A stretch of 62,000 bases of DNA from Wallemia ichthyophaga EXF-994 (taxonomy: Eukaryota; Fungi; Basidiomycota): the NCBI RefSeq assembly GCF_000400465.1, contig NW_008806281.1:82001-144000 (forward strand). Direction: 5' to 3'. Position numbers and translations under genes: made by a program. How positions within the stretch are numbered: position 1 is the stretch's first letter; every line of letters starts with the position of its first letter. Positions 34,642-47,028 of this stretch are shown here, piece by piece. Under the pieces are notes generated by a model. The model was given only the letters and a program-made list of their open reading frames with translations, was not told where the DNA came from and made no database searches.

Positions 34642-37600
34642 ATGGGTGTAAAGGGTCTCTGGCAGCTGCTTCAGCCAGTCGCTAGGCCTGTAAAGTGTGT
34701 AGATCTTGCCATCATCTCCATCTCCCGCTAATTAGATCACCAGACTTGAAATGCTGGGCGGCAAGAGAGTCGCGATAGATTCTTCCATCTGGCTCTACCA
34801 CTTTCTTCGAGCTATCAAGGATAAGCAAGGCCACACCCTCACCAATGCCCACATTCTCGGTTTCCTGAGGCGTATACTCAAAATCCTGTTTTATGGCCTC
34901 AAGCCTGTATTTGTATTCGACGGTGGCGCGCCTAAGCTCAAGAAATCTACCATTGTCAGTTTCGCCTACAAGAACAGCGTGACACCTTATTGACTTACTC
35001 CCAGTCTGAGCGCAAGAACAGACGAGAGGGTGCACGCCAGAGCCACGCATTGATAGCGTCTAAGCTTCTTTCCGCACAGCTGCGCAAGGCAGCTATACAG
35101 CAACAACAGAAGGCGTGAGTCGCGCTTACATTTTAAATGACATCATTACAAACATCACTAACATCACTAATCAGTGAAAAGCGTCCTTCTAAAAGTGGTA
35201 TAGACAACGACGACGCAGATGGAGATGGGAATATAGCTTATCTCGATGATCTCAATAACACAGCTTCACCAGCAAAAAAAGAGCAGAAAGCAGCAACGCA
35301 GAAAAAAAGGCGTCTAGATCCCTACGAATTACCAGCAGCACCTCAGCGTCCCAAGTCCAGCATACCCGATCCGCGTCTAGCTACTGAAGATGAGCTGCGT
35401 GATTTCATATCGACAATGAAACCATCAGATTTCGACACCACTTCCGATGCATTCAAACAGCTTCCTCCGGAAGTGCAGTACGAGCTGATTGGTGATATGA
35501 GATTGAAGTCGAGAAGCACATCTTTCTCTCGCTTAGAGAATATGTTACGAAAATCGTCGACAGCTATCGATTTCTCTAGAGCTCAGATTAATAATTTGAT
35601 GCAAAGGAACGATCTCACTCAAAAACTCATCAACCACTCCGAAGGTATGGGTAAAGAAGAAGACGCGCCGGTTGCTTTACGCGTTTCTACTTCGCGGAAT
35701 AGAGAGTATGTCCTCATGCGTAAGTCTGACAATGAAGGTGGTGGATGGGTGCTCGGTATACAAGACAAGCGAGGTGAAAAAGGTCAGAAACCGATTGAGA
35801 TATCGAGTGATCATGAGAATGAATATGAAAATGATGAAATGCACGTTTCAGAAGACACAGATGAGGATGATTTTGACATGGAGGAGGTGAACATACCTCC
35901 AGCTGTGGTAACAGATATTCCAGTGGTGGAAGATAGACCATCTTCAACGCCACAGCCACCGCAACTTGGATTCGAAGAGAATGAAGCGCAGTCTACCGGT
36001 CTCGATGCTGCTTTAGATGAGAGTATGGTAACCAAAGCCAAAGAAGATAGCTTGAGACTGCTGAAGGAATCTACACGCAGACATCAAGAAAAGGAAAATG
36101 CTACTGAGAGTCTTGACAAGCAGCTGGATTCCATCAAGCATGTGAGGGGTACTGGGAGTGTGGAAGCGTCTAAAAAAGTGGATCATACACCGCCCGATGT
36201 TAGACAAACCATTGTAAAGCCTCCAGTCAAAGCCACATCTGAACGGAAGATGATACCAAAGTATGTACCAGCTAAACCACGAGGAGAGAAGAAGCGGAAT
36301 GTCACGCTGCAAGACTTTCATGCTAAGCAGCCGCAGCAGCTTCCTCAGGAGACACCCCCACCTGACAAAGATATTCCGTTGTTCCCTGACGAAAGTGAGG
36401 AGGAAGAGGCACAGGAACAGGAGCAGAAGGAAAAGGAATCTATGAGCAGCGATGCTGATATGGAGGCGGTTTACTCGAAAGAGAAAGACGAAGTCAAGGA
36501 AAAAACTGAAAATGTTCGTGAGCAGAAGCAGGAGCCGTCAGGGATGATACCAGAGAAACCAAGTAGTCCAATTACAGTGAAGGAGGAAAAGGTCGAGCCA
36601 CTACCTCAGCCTTACGATGTGACGGAGAAGGAAGAGTCAATTGAAGCTTCAGGCGCAGTACCAGCGCAGCCTGATACTGGAGGTGTAGGATTAGACTCAG
36701 ATTCCGAAAGCGCTTATAGCGGCTGGGAGCCAACACCTTCACCCGAAGCATCCACTTCTGCTGAGCAGGCAGTTGAGCATGAAATAGAGCAAGCAGTTGC
36801 ATATGCCGCTGAACAAACCACGGAGCAGCCAAAAATGCAACCCGATGGTGCGCGAGAAATGTCACCACCAATCGACATTGACGCCTCCGATAATGAAATG
36901 GAAGCGCAAGAAGCGATAGAGAATGAAGAAAAGGACTATATAGCATTCAGTAGCAAAGCGAATAACAAAAATTATGATGAGATGCTTGATGAAGCAGACA
37001 AGGATATTCGACGTTTACAGCAGAGTGCGAAGAAAATGTCGGGTGGTAGTGACGACCCTACAGTTCAGATGACTGGCGAAATACAGAAAATGCTCAAAGC
37101 TTTCGGTATTCCTTATATAACAGCTCCAATGGAAGCTGAGGCGCAATGTGCGAAACTCGCCCAACTAAATCTAGTAGATGCAGTTATAACAGATGACAGT
37201 GATATCTTTCTGTTCGGTGCGCCCATCGTATACAAGAATATGTTCAACGATAAGCAGTTTGTGGAGTGCTACGTGTTGGGCGATCTGGAGAAAGACCTGT
37301 CTTTGTCTCGCGATAGACTTATTGAACTGGCATATATCCTTGGATCAGATTATACAAATGGCTTCAGTGGTGTGGGACCAGTCATGGCCATGGAACTATT
37401 GGGTGATTTTGCTCACGAGTCCCCCAACACGCTCACTGGATTCAAGAATTGGTGGACAAAGGTTCAGAATGGCAAGGATACTCAACAGGATACGAGTACG
37501 AAATTTAGAAAGACATTTAAAAAGAAGAATAAGAATTTGCTTCTCGATAAGGAGTTCCCGGATTCTGGTGTCAGAGCTGCTTACTACGGTGCACAGGCTG

Positions 37601-38144
37601 ATGAAAGCAATGAAGAGTTTGTGTGGGGTATACCGGATCTCGATTCTTTGAGAGATTATCTTTACAATTATCTGGGATGGCCTGCTCATAAGACTGACGA
37701 TACTATCATACCTGTCATCAAGCACATGAACAATAGGGTGAGTGGGAGTTTGATTAAATACTGTTTACTAACAAATCTCAGAAACCAGCGCCTCAAACAT
37801 CTCTCGATAGGTTCTTTGATGATAGCGCGGGTAGTGGTGTGTTAGGTCCACGCCCAATGGCTGCGTACTCCAGCAACCGCCTGAAGGAGGTAGTGAGAGC
37901 GTTTAGGGGTGGTAGAGTAGAAGACGACAACGAGGAGGTGGACGAAGATACAGGCAGCAGCAGAAGTAATGGTAAAGGTAGAGGTAGAGGTAGAGGCAAT
38001 GGCAAGAAAGTGACCGCCAGACCACGCAAATCAGCCAAAAATCAGAAGGAGGCTACTAAATCCACAAAGAAAAGGAAGAAGGTGAGCAGCGAAGAAGACG
38101 ACGCTAGCGATAATGCTAGTGCATGGGATAGCGAGGACAATTAG
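34642..38144 (+). CDS. RAD2: XPG/Rad2 nucleotide excision repair endonuclease
   Basis: MGVKGLWQLL, VAIDSSIWLYHF, VFVFDGG, PMEAEAQCA, TDDSDIFLFG, LGSDY. Confidence 0.93.
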
Positions 38145-38188
38145 TAAACTAAACTATGAAATGTATTATGAACTGTTGTAACAGTACG

Positions 38189-39371
38189 CTATTGCGAAGT
38201 ATAGAAGTGGTAATCGTCAATGAGAGGTATGTAGTCGCCGACGATGCCTGCTGCAATACCGACCAGTGGCCAATTCTGCAGCCTGCTAACGACTGATTCG
38301 ACGCGCGGTTTAGTGAAGTCGTGCCAAATAGGACCCCGAAGCAAGTATCTATGGGATTGTTAGTGGGGTGTATATATTCATAGCATAACCCACCTAATAA
38401 ATGATTGCTCCCGTCTATTCTGTTCATTAGCCTCAATGCTTGACTTGTTGACGTCAAACGAGTATGGCGACACACCGCTCCTGCTCTTATGACCATACTT
38501 GCGCAGCTGTCTGCTCATTACCGACATGGAAAGCGATAGAAGTAGCGGTGTCCATTCGGATTTGGTTCTCCAAGGTTTAGTGCGCGTCTGTGTCCTAGCG
38601 AACTGGCGTCTGAGTGCCAAAACATACACTAGAGGTTCGGCAATAAGCATGAGTTCCGAGAAAACCTGCGCGCCACTACTCAGCGGCCTCACTAATGCAG
38701 ATGGCGGAGTGAGTGAGTCAGTATCGAGCGCAGTGGCATGCAAGTAGTTATCGACACTTCCATACTTGGTCTTGAGATCGACTACACTCCTCGCTCCTCG
38801 CACACCCCTATTGGCCTCATCGCACTCTGGATCGAGGCTTACATCCTGGTCACGAGAGGGCGTGCATGGCGTTACTAGCGGTCTTAGTTGCGTTTTCAAC
38901 AGAATGACTAACTTCAGTGTAAACTTTAACGCTTCAATTGCCGTTATGTAATTCCATCGATGGCGCGCATATCGACCTTGCTCATCGCGCTTTTCTCGCC
39001 GGTGCATCACTATCTCGCCCAGGAGCTGCAGAGAGGTCGTCAAGGAAAGCAGCTTGGCTGATAGGGCGTGCAGGCGTCCCCAGTTGGAGGATGTGTATCT
39101 GCTGTGTGCGTTGAGAGAGTGCTTCGCAGAGTGCGCATCTTGTGATTGTGTGAGCATGTTGAGTGAGCTGAAGACTGTGTAGCGTATTCGTTAGTATTTT
39201 GCTGTGTATACACTATCATCCCTCACTCATCTCGGCTACTAACTCTGAATCGTCGAAGCGGCCAGGAAGTAGCCATGCCAGCGTACGCAGAGTCGGCTCT
39301 ATAGATTTAGAAAGAGCGATTACTTTGTCTTTCCTGTTAACGTTCCTCACGCTACCGATGTCGTTTGACAT
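38189..39371 (-). CDS. PEX16: Peroxisomal membrane biogenesis protein Pex16-like
   Basis: IEPTLRTLAWLLPGRFDDSELVAE, RWNYITAIEALK, LRGPIWHDFTKP, DYIPLIDDYHFYT. Confidence 0.75.
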
Positions 39372-39431
39372 TTTCGTGATGATTGCTAATGACACAAAGA
39401 AATGCGGTAATTATCTTTACACTACTCATAA

Positions 39432-41327
39432 CTAGTTTACAAGTATCAGGCCGTCAATGCGCTCCCCTGTCTCCGTGCGTTTCCAAGACTCAATTGTCTC
39501 TCCCCACTCACTCACATCATACACTCTGAATCTACGGTCGTGGCCCTTCTTCCCGTAGCCCGAGTATGAGCTTCCACCCCCGAAACAGATCCATGTTCCT
39601 TGAATCAGCCTACATTCGTCAGTCAGGTGGCAGTGTCCATGTGCAATCACTCTTATTTCGTTGGTGGTGGTGTCGCTACCGCGGCGGAGCTCGTTAGCGA
39701 CGTTGAAGAAGCCACCATTTATGCCACTCGCACCGTCACCATCTTCAATGCCTTTACTACCCCATCCTTCTATAGGGGTCCCGTTGGCGTCGAGATCGGC
39801 GGGACTGTCGTAGTATTCACGCAAGGGGATGTGCGCAAATACCAATGCGTTAGCTTTTTGTGGTGTTTGTGATATTCTCTTGTGCGTGTCATCGAAGACT
39901 TCGCCTTGCTTTGGTATGAATGGTCGATTCTCTAGTTTGATGTTGTCCGATTCTTCGACGAACCAATCGATCTGATTCTGCGACTGGTGTGAGAAACGAA
40001 AGTAAAACATTTAAGTTCATCGTACCTGTCTGATGTAGTCATACTGCCCCATCATGTTCTTGAATGGGTTGTAACGAGGTGGAGGCAACAGCCCGTGCGT
40101 ATCGAACAAGTACATGGTAAGGAGGTGAGAATTGGTGCCATCAGGGGAGTACACTTTAAGCACATGATTCCCAACGCCGTGGATATCAGAAGGACCAGGC
40201 TGGGCGAGCGAGAAGGGTAATGCCTGAATAATTCTCATCTGCTCCGACCGAGGTAAATCAGTCATCTCAGAATCATGATTACCGAAAATTGCGGTAAATG
40301 GTATCTTTCTCTTAATCACCTCGCTGTAGACCTTGGAAATAACGCTGACAGCATCGAATGACGTACCCTGTCCATTCAACTGATCGCCTGTGAAGACAAC
40401 GAAATCAGGTTTGACGTCGTCGAGAGTCTCTGCCATAAGTTGTATAGAGTCTGGATCACCTTGGCATGGTGACTTGTCAGTGTCTCTGCATGTACCATTG
40501 CCCACGCTGAAATGTAGGTCAGCAATTTGTAGTATGCGGAATTGTCCGTTATCTCTAAATTTCAATTGTTCAGGCTGCTTGGGGTGTTTATAGCCTTTGC
40601 GGATAGTGAAAGTCATGCGTTCATTCTTGGATGACGCGTCTTGGATGTTTGCACCTTGTACGCGCTTGAAGTCTGGCCATGGCGGACCATCACCGAACAA
40701 GATATCAACCTCAGTGACTGCGTCTGATGGCCGTGGATTGGAGGATGGAGGATGAGTGTGGTAGTAGAGGCGGGTGTTTGGTGATGGATTCGATTTAACT
40801 TTGAACCAATTTTCATCCAATTTTTCTGAGCTGTCAGAAGAGAGCAGTTTGATGTCATCAATGTAGCTGACGTCTAGTCTACGAGACCTTCTGTAGTACA
40901 AGTAATTATTCTTATGGCCGCGTCCATTTTGTACATTTAAGCTCATGCCGACTCTAACCCAAGGGCCATACTTGCTGTTATCCTCAGAAGTTGAAGGAGG
41001 ATAACAGCCACCAAAGTAATACTCCAAAGAAGGTGGGAGTGAGCAGCTTCTTATGGTGATATCATTGATGGGTGTGGAATGTGGAAGTATTGGATTCCAT
41101 ATGTCAAGTGGAGCTTCGAGTACGTTGTAATTTGAATCATAGAGGCTGTTGTCGTCGCTGCTGTTGCTGCCGTGATCGACCAATTTCACGTAGTCGTAGT
41201 TCTGCCATTGGAGTGGAAGCAACTGCTTGTGCTTTGGTGTGTAATTCGTACTGAGGAGCGAGTATCGCGATAATAGAATTATCGTTATGAAGCTTGAAAT
41301 TATAAAGCTTAGAAGAAATTGCCTCAT
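39432..41327 (-). CDS. DCR2-like calcineurin-type metallophosphoesterase with N-terminal anchor
   Basis: IADLHF, FTGDQLNG, IFGNHDSE, AHIPL, HGHCH, SYSGYG; intron near 39965-40020. Confidence 0.85.
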
Positions 41328-41363
41328 CTTCGTTGTAGGCCTGTAAGCCGATAAGCGTGTAGA

Positions 41364-41851
41364 CTAAGTGACATATAAATGCTTACAATTGAAATAATTT
41401 AAAATGTATTCTAATTCATGTGAATCGACGTTTGTTTGGTAGTATAAGTACTTGAACAGCTCCCGCTCCATTTTGTTCACCTCGTGTAAGTCAAACCTAG
41501 TAACCACAACCCAACTCTGATTGCTGTATGTTTTATCACTGTGTGATTTGCAGCTCAGTATCATTGAGGCTATAAACAATCTACTAGAGCAGCTCCCTTG
41601 TACGTCTGGCTGTATGCTCTGTCAGCCACACAAGCGCACTGAGTCAAACACACCAATCTCAATTTCAATCTATACAGCAGCACTAGACTTGTCAAAACTA
41701 TGTACTCCTCCACCTGCGTTCTCTCCAACACTCGTCTTATAAACTCTAGCATTGTAGTGCTTCTCTCCGTCTTAAACATCTCCGATATTACCCTCTCAGC
41801 AACGATTGAAAACTCTTTGTAGAATTTGTAATTATTTGCAGCGATGCTCAT
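41364..41851 (-). CDS. Small PHO85/PCL-type cyclin (cyclin-N fold)
   Basis: A 35-nt intron joins two ORFs into RLFIASMILSCKSHSDKTYSNQSW...EVNKMERELFKYL. Confidence 0.7.
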
Positions 41852-41948
41852 TGTTATCTAAGATCATTCATATTTGCTTACAAATTACCTATCATATTGA
41901 TTATTGATTGCTCATTTGTGACATTCGGCGAAATTTCTCACTTTGTAC

Positions 41949-43629
41949 CTATCCGTTTTTAGAAAGTGCCTTATTAACCAGCTCATTAACATCCATCACT
42001 CTATCAAATTGGTCTTCATTAGGATGTCTCTCTCGTCTCAATCGCCGCACTTCCTCCGCTGAGACAGTGTTGATAAAAAATTTGCACCTCTTCACGCCCT
42101 CGAATTCCGAGAACTCCTCATCTTCATCGAATGCATAGCCACACTTCGGGAAATCGAGTCCATAGAAGCACTTATGTATCGTATCTCTGAAATACTCCAT
42201 CTCACTCCAGAACTCCGGTATACTGTTACTTTTGGATCCCATCTTGGCTTTGAGGTGGTGATCTATATTGGAGATGAGCCAGTGCATACTAAGGCGCAGT
42301 GCTGGCAGCGATCTCCTCATCGAAGTAGTCAGCAGGTGTGACAACCTGACGTCATCACCTTCGCTCCCGGTCCCACTATCAACCTCTTCCAAACTCACGC
42401 GCACGCTGCGCATGAGATGGGTGATGAGACGTACGAGGTATTTGTGTGCGGTACTCTTCCGCACCTCCGTCGACATGTTCGCACCGGCTATATCAATTTG
42501 TCTATAGGTGCGCAAAGAATGGTATAAGCAAATGTTGACAGCGACGATTCTAGTGATTGTCTCAGAATTGAGAGTGTGTGTATCCAGCAGCTTCCTAAAG
42601 AGACGCGTGGAATTGTTGACTAGTTTGGTGACACTTTGTATGCTGGGTTGGTGTTAGAACTTCAACTGCAATCCCCTTCTTGCACTCACTCATTGCGATT
42701 CAAGTAGAGCATGGCGTGGATCTTTATCAGCTGTTTAACTAATACATTATAGTCACCTCCGTCAGTATTTTCCTCCACACTCTCGTCCAGTACCTTGTTT
42801 AGAATGGAGGTGATGTTATTGCGTGCGAGATTCTGAGGCTGTTTTGGTGCTTTCGTGGTAGTGATGCAACGGTAGTAGTGGTAGAGTGCACCTAAATTGT
42901 CATCGTTATAGCTGCACACCACAGCCAAGCTATTGAAATGGAGTGCTTCATGAGGATTTACTGATTTTGCGAGATTGTAGCAAGCAACGACCTGAGTATA
43001 GATACGTCTCTTTCCATTGTCCTTTACGTGCTGCCCAGCTTTAGGACGACCTTTCTCCTCATTGTACAGCTCTTTATATCTCAGCAGATCACCAATGTAG
43101 ATGAGACAGCGGTAAATAATCCACGCCCGCAAATTTCTGTCGAAGGAGCCCTCGTCAGCTACGGTGTTGGAGTAGTCTAAGGAGACATCTGCGCGTGTCA
43201 CTTCCTCATCGCTATCGACATCCATCTGCACATCCTGCTTATGATCGCCATCCTGCGAGTCAATCGCATTAATAGTGTACTTGTATTCATCGAGGCTGTA
43301 CAGTGAGATAGTTCGGCTGATGATATCGACGTAGAAACGTTTTTCTTTGGTAAGAAAGGAGTGAAAGTGCTGCAAGACGCGTCTTCTCTCGTAAGAAACT
43401 TTAGATTGTTTCTCAGAGCCATCTAAATTGCGTATGCGACGTCTATACTCTGTAATGAGATTATGTGAGGTGTTGTTCCACAGCGCACTAAGCGTGGATT
43501 GTACAGCGTCATCTGGGCCCATTAGCAGTGCATTGAGATGCGTACGCTTGTACGACTGCGTTAGGAATGTCAAGTCTGTATCCCAAGGACTTTTGCTCGC
43601 TGCTTTTTCCGTGATGCTCATCTTACCAT
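41949..43629 (-). CDS. Est1/SMG5-7-like TPR protein
   Basis: RCLIYIGDLLRY, YNLAKSVNP, HFNSLAVV, ALYHYYRC. Start is ATG 43629 plus a GTAAG intron, or ATG 43621. Confidence 0.75.
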
Positions 43630-43646
43630 CACCGTCGTGAGTAGAA

Positions 43647-44244
43647 ATGGTGAGCGATCCAACGAACGATAAAAATATTTGGCTGTGTGCGTGTACATAT
43701 GGTGCAAATATCAATTTTAACTACTTCACCAGCCGCCAGCGAAGGTGATATGGAAAGAGTAGCGTATCTGGTTGAGAAATGCGGATTGGATGTAAATACA
43801 CTGGACGAAAACAGTTACAGCACTCTACACGCAGCTACATCTTACTCTCACTCCCATCTTCTCCGCTATCTCATTGAGAAAGGCGGTAATGTAAATATCG
43901 TCGACGATGATCACGAAACGCCGCTCTTTGTCGCCGAGGATGAAGATGTGGCAAGGCTGCTGGTGGAACACGGGGCTGACGCCTCACATCGCAACGCGGA
44001 AGGTCTCACACCACTCGAGAAACTCATTCAGGATGATGAGCACGAGGAAGTGCAGGAATATCTCAAATCTGTCGGTCCAGCGCCTGTATCAATGCCAAAC
44101 ACCAACGATAACACAGCACTCGAAGATACGGAAACTGGCAGAGAGATAGCCGAGATAATGGAACAGGCACAACGAGACGGCACAGATCCCGATGAGAGGC
44201 TGAGGGAGCTGGTGACGCGCAATCTGATGGGACAGCAGCAGTAG
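43647..44244 (+). CDS. Small ankyrin-repeat protein
   Basis: KNIWL|SASEGD across intron 43687-43732; YSTLHAATSY, ETPLF, LTPL. Confidence 0.85.
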
Positions 44245-44326
44245 TAGCTGCTGCAGTGATATCCCGCCTTCTTGTAAAAGCGTATTAGACGGAACATTGA
44301 TACGGTAGTAAGAAAACACTATTAAC

Positions 44327-44692
44327 TTATTGTCTCTCTGGTAACTTTGGTGGCACGCTGTGGACTTGCTGGCTTTGGGTGGAGTTAGGCTGCTCCACGC
44401 TGCCTTCCTGTGATCCACCAGTGTTGCCTTTGCTGTTGAGCTTATCCATACCATCCTTCATCTCTTCTAAGCCCTGCTTCGATGTGCCCGGGTTATCTGA
44501 CTTGCTTTCAACGCTGCCAGCTTGACGGCCTGCTACTTGGTCACCGGCCCTGTCGACGCTCTCATTGAATGTGCCACGAATTGCCTCTCCTGCGCCTGTG
44601 TCGTGTGTTAGGCGTGTGTACACTGAAAACCTCAATCACGCACCGTGGAATCCCTTCCATGCACCTTGAATCTTGTCTTGAACTTTGTCCAT
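44327..44692 (-). CDS. Small hydrophilic protein, possibly stress/LEA-like
   Basis: MDKVQDKIQGAWKGFHG|AGEAIRGTFNESVD after one intron. Confidence 0.65.
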
Positions 44693-45026
44693 TATTTGTT
44701 GTAATTACGTTAGAAGCAATTGCCCGCTCCACAGCCGCTGAAAATTGTTAAATGTGAAAACAAATTAAAGCAAATGATGATGTCATGTTGGTTTGTAGAC
44801 TATTCTTTAAAATCAGGCTATTTATCCACCTATTACTTCCAGTCGCAGATGACGTATTGCTAGCTATCTGTTTCTTTGACAGGAATGTGTAAAAAGAGTA
44901 TCCAATTGTAATTTTCAAGCTGTTATTGTACTTCGGGCCCTGCTAAGATTTTAATTCTGTGACCTCAAAATCGGGTGAGTTGAATTGCTTTTCAATTGGT
45001 CATCACTCAACTCAAATTAGATTCCT

Positions 45027-45428
45027 ATGGCTTCCAACTTAAAAAATTATGCTTTCTTTGTTATCGGTTTCTTAGGTTTATATTGCGCTGTGTTTATCTA
45101 CATTAGTCTTGAATGACGGAAATTCGACGGCCTCTATAATAGGTCTGCAAAAATCCACCCGAAGAGCATGGATCACTGCGTTGATATCACGTTTGAAGAA
45201 TAAATTAAACCTGATAATGACAGATTATCTGAATATGCTTGTTCAGCGGACTTGAGCTTCTATGTTCCAGATTATATGGATTGTGAAGGCCTCGTAACAC
45301 TGAAAACTGTTCACCTAGCTAAGAAGAGAAGTCTCGAACAACTACATCAGCTCAATATGCGAACTGGCACTGTAACCTATCACCATCCACTTGGATGGAA
45401 AACGCATACCTCTTTCAAATTTGGGTAA
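45027..45428 (+). pseudogene. 133-codon membrane-anchored ORF with two internal stops
   Basis: ATG 45027, hydrophobic residues 8-28, TGA 45114, TAA 45201, terminal TAA 45426, no frameshift. Confidence 0.4.
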
Positions 45429-45524
45429 AAAAGTTATCCCAGAAACGACGTAACGAACGTCAGAATTGTATAAAAGGCTTTTTTGTAGCTCACTACCCAT
45501 AAATTTTGAAATGTCTATGATAAA

Positions 45525-46876
45525 TTACATGTCCTCTAGTGACCATTTTGCTCGTGGCATGAGTGTGGCAGGATTTGCTAGTTCCCCTTTAGCAAGTTTG
45601 TAGTGGGCTGCCCATGCGATCATGGCGGCGTTGTCTGCGTAAATATGGTAAGAGTGGTTTGCGAGGGGCAAGTTGAGATCAGACCCACCAGTACATAACG
45701 CTGGCGCCGGAAAGTAGATATTCAAGCCATGTCTTCCAGTAACATCTGACAATCTTACCCTTGTTAGCGTGAGCGCATAATCAAATCAAGACACACCTCT
45801 CGCGCAGGTATCCATTACTAGCTACACCCCCACTAACCACCAGACTAGATGGTTCGACGGTAGATTTGCTCAGTGCCAATGTCACCTATTCCCGAGTTCA
45901 GACTGACTGCTGAATTTGACATGCCGTCCACCCACCTTATCAGCCAACTGCGCCACTGCTGCACTCTGGAATGCGCGCGCTAGAGCTACTCTCGTCACAT
46001 CACCGCCGTCACTCTCATCCACCAGCCTCGAGAACGCGCTCCTGAGGCCCGAGTAGCTGAACAGGAGCTGAGAGGGGGCTGGTACGCGCAGCTTCTGTCT
46101 ATACTCTTTGACACGACAATCCACCTCATCTTTATGGCCAAACAAGTGCTCAGTGTGCCTCGCAAACCCCTCCAATGCGGCTCCCGGCGCCTTGCCTGAC
46201 CATGGTATATTGAGGAGCTTAGCGGCGTGATCGAAAGCGTTGCTTGGAGCGTGTGAGTAGACTACGAGATACCAACCATTCTAAACCTACCCTATCGAAT
46301 CGTCGTTTGTCGTCGCCAGCACTCGCATTTTGGTGACTTCTTCCGCGTCGACTATCATCGTGTGTCCTCCACTGCAAAGCAGCGTGTAAAATGGGAATTG
46401 CGGGGGATTCTCTTCTGTCAGACAGCAAGTAAGGGCGTGCGCTTGCTACAATGCTATAGCATGAGATAGAGCTCTATCTGCGAATAACACCCACCCACCA
46501 TGTGATGTACGCCTACTAGCGGTATTCCACTAACCCCGACTAGCGACTTGGCTGCGACCATCGCGATTTGCAAACACCCTTTCATGCCGGGTCCTTCGGT
46601 AGTAGCTATCGCGTCCAAATCCCCAAATGCAACTCCAGCACGACGGATCGCTTCTGAAATTGCAGGCGATATGTTTTTCATGTGTCCTTGCGTTGCGTAC
46701 AGCGGGTGTATCCCTCCGTATTGCTCATGTATTTGATCCTGTTTCATCACCACATTTGATAATATCTCCCGATGGTTGCTCACTATCGCTGCACATGTGT
46801 CGTCTGCTGAGCTCTCCAATGCTAGTATCAGCCGCCGCCGTACGTCTTTGTATACTGGGAATATCGATCTTCGCAT
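45525..46876 (-). CDS. QRI7: Mitochondrial tRNA t6A biosynthesis protein (Kae1/TsaD family)
   Basis: LALESSADDT, HEQYGGIHP, TEGPGM, GVHHM, GAALEGFA, FSYSGLRS, YADNAAMIAW. Confidence 0.88.
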
Positions 46877-47028
46877 GCGATCGTCAAAGTGTAAGGAGAT
46901 GGCGAAGGCGGCGGTGAGAATTTATAATTTGGATGCGTTTAATACAACAAGTATGAATGATTGGATTATGTTCTGCAATTTACTTTTGCGAAAGACTTCC
47001 AAGAGGAGAATAAATGACGATTTATTAA

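Noticed and set aside
19079-38144. FEN1 and RAD2 as an XPG-family cluster
   Set aside because: They are 14 kb apart with unrelated genes between; ancient paralogues.
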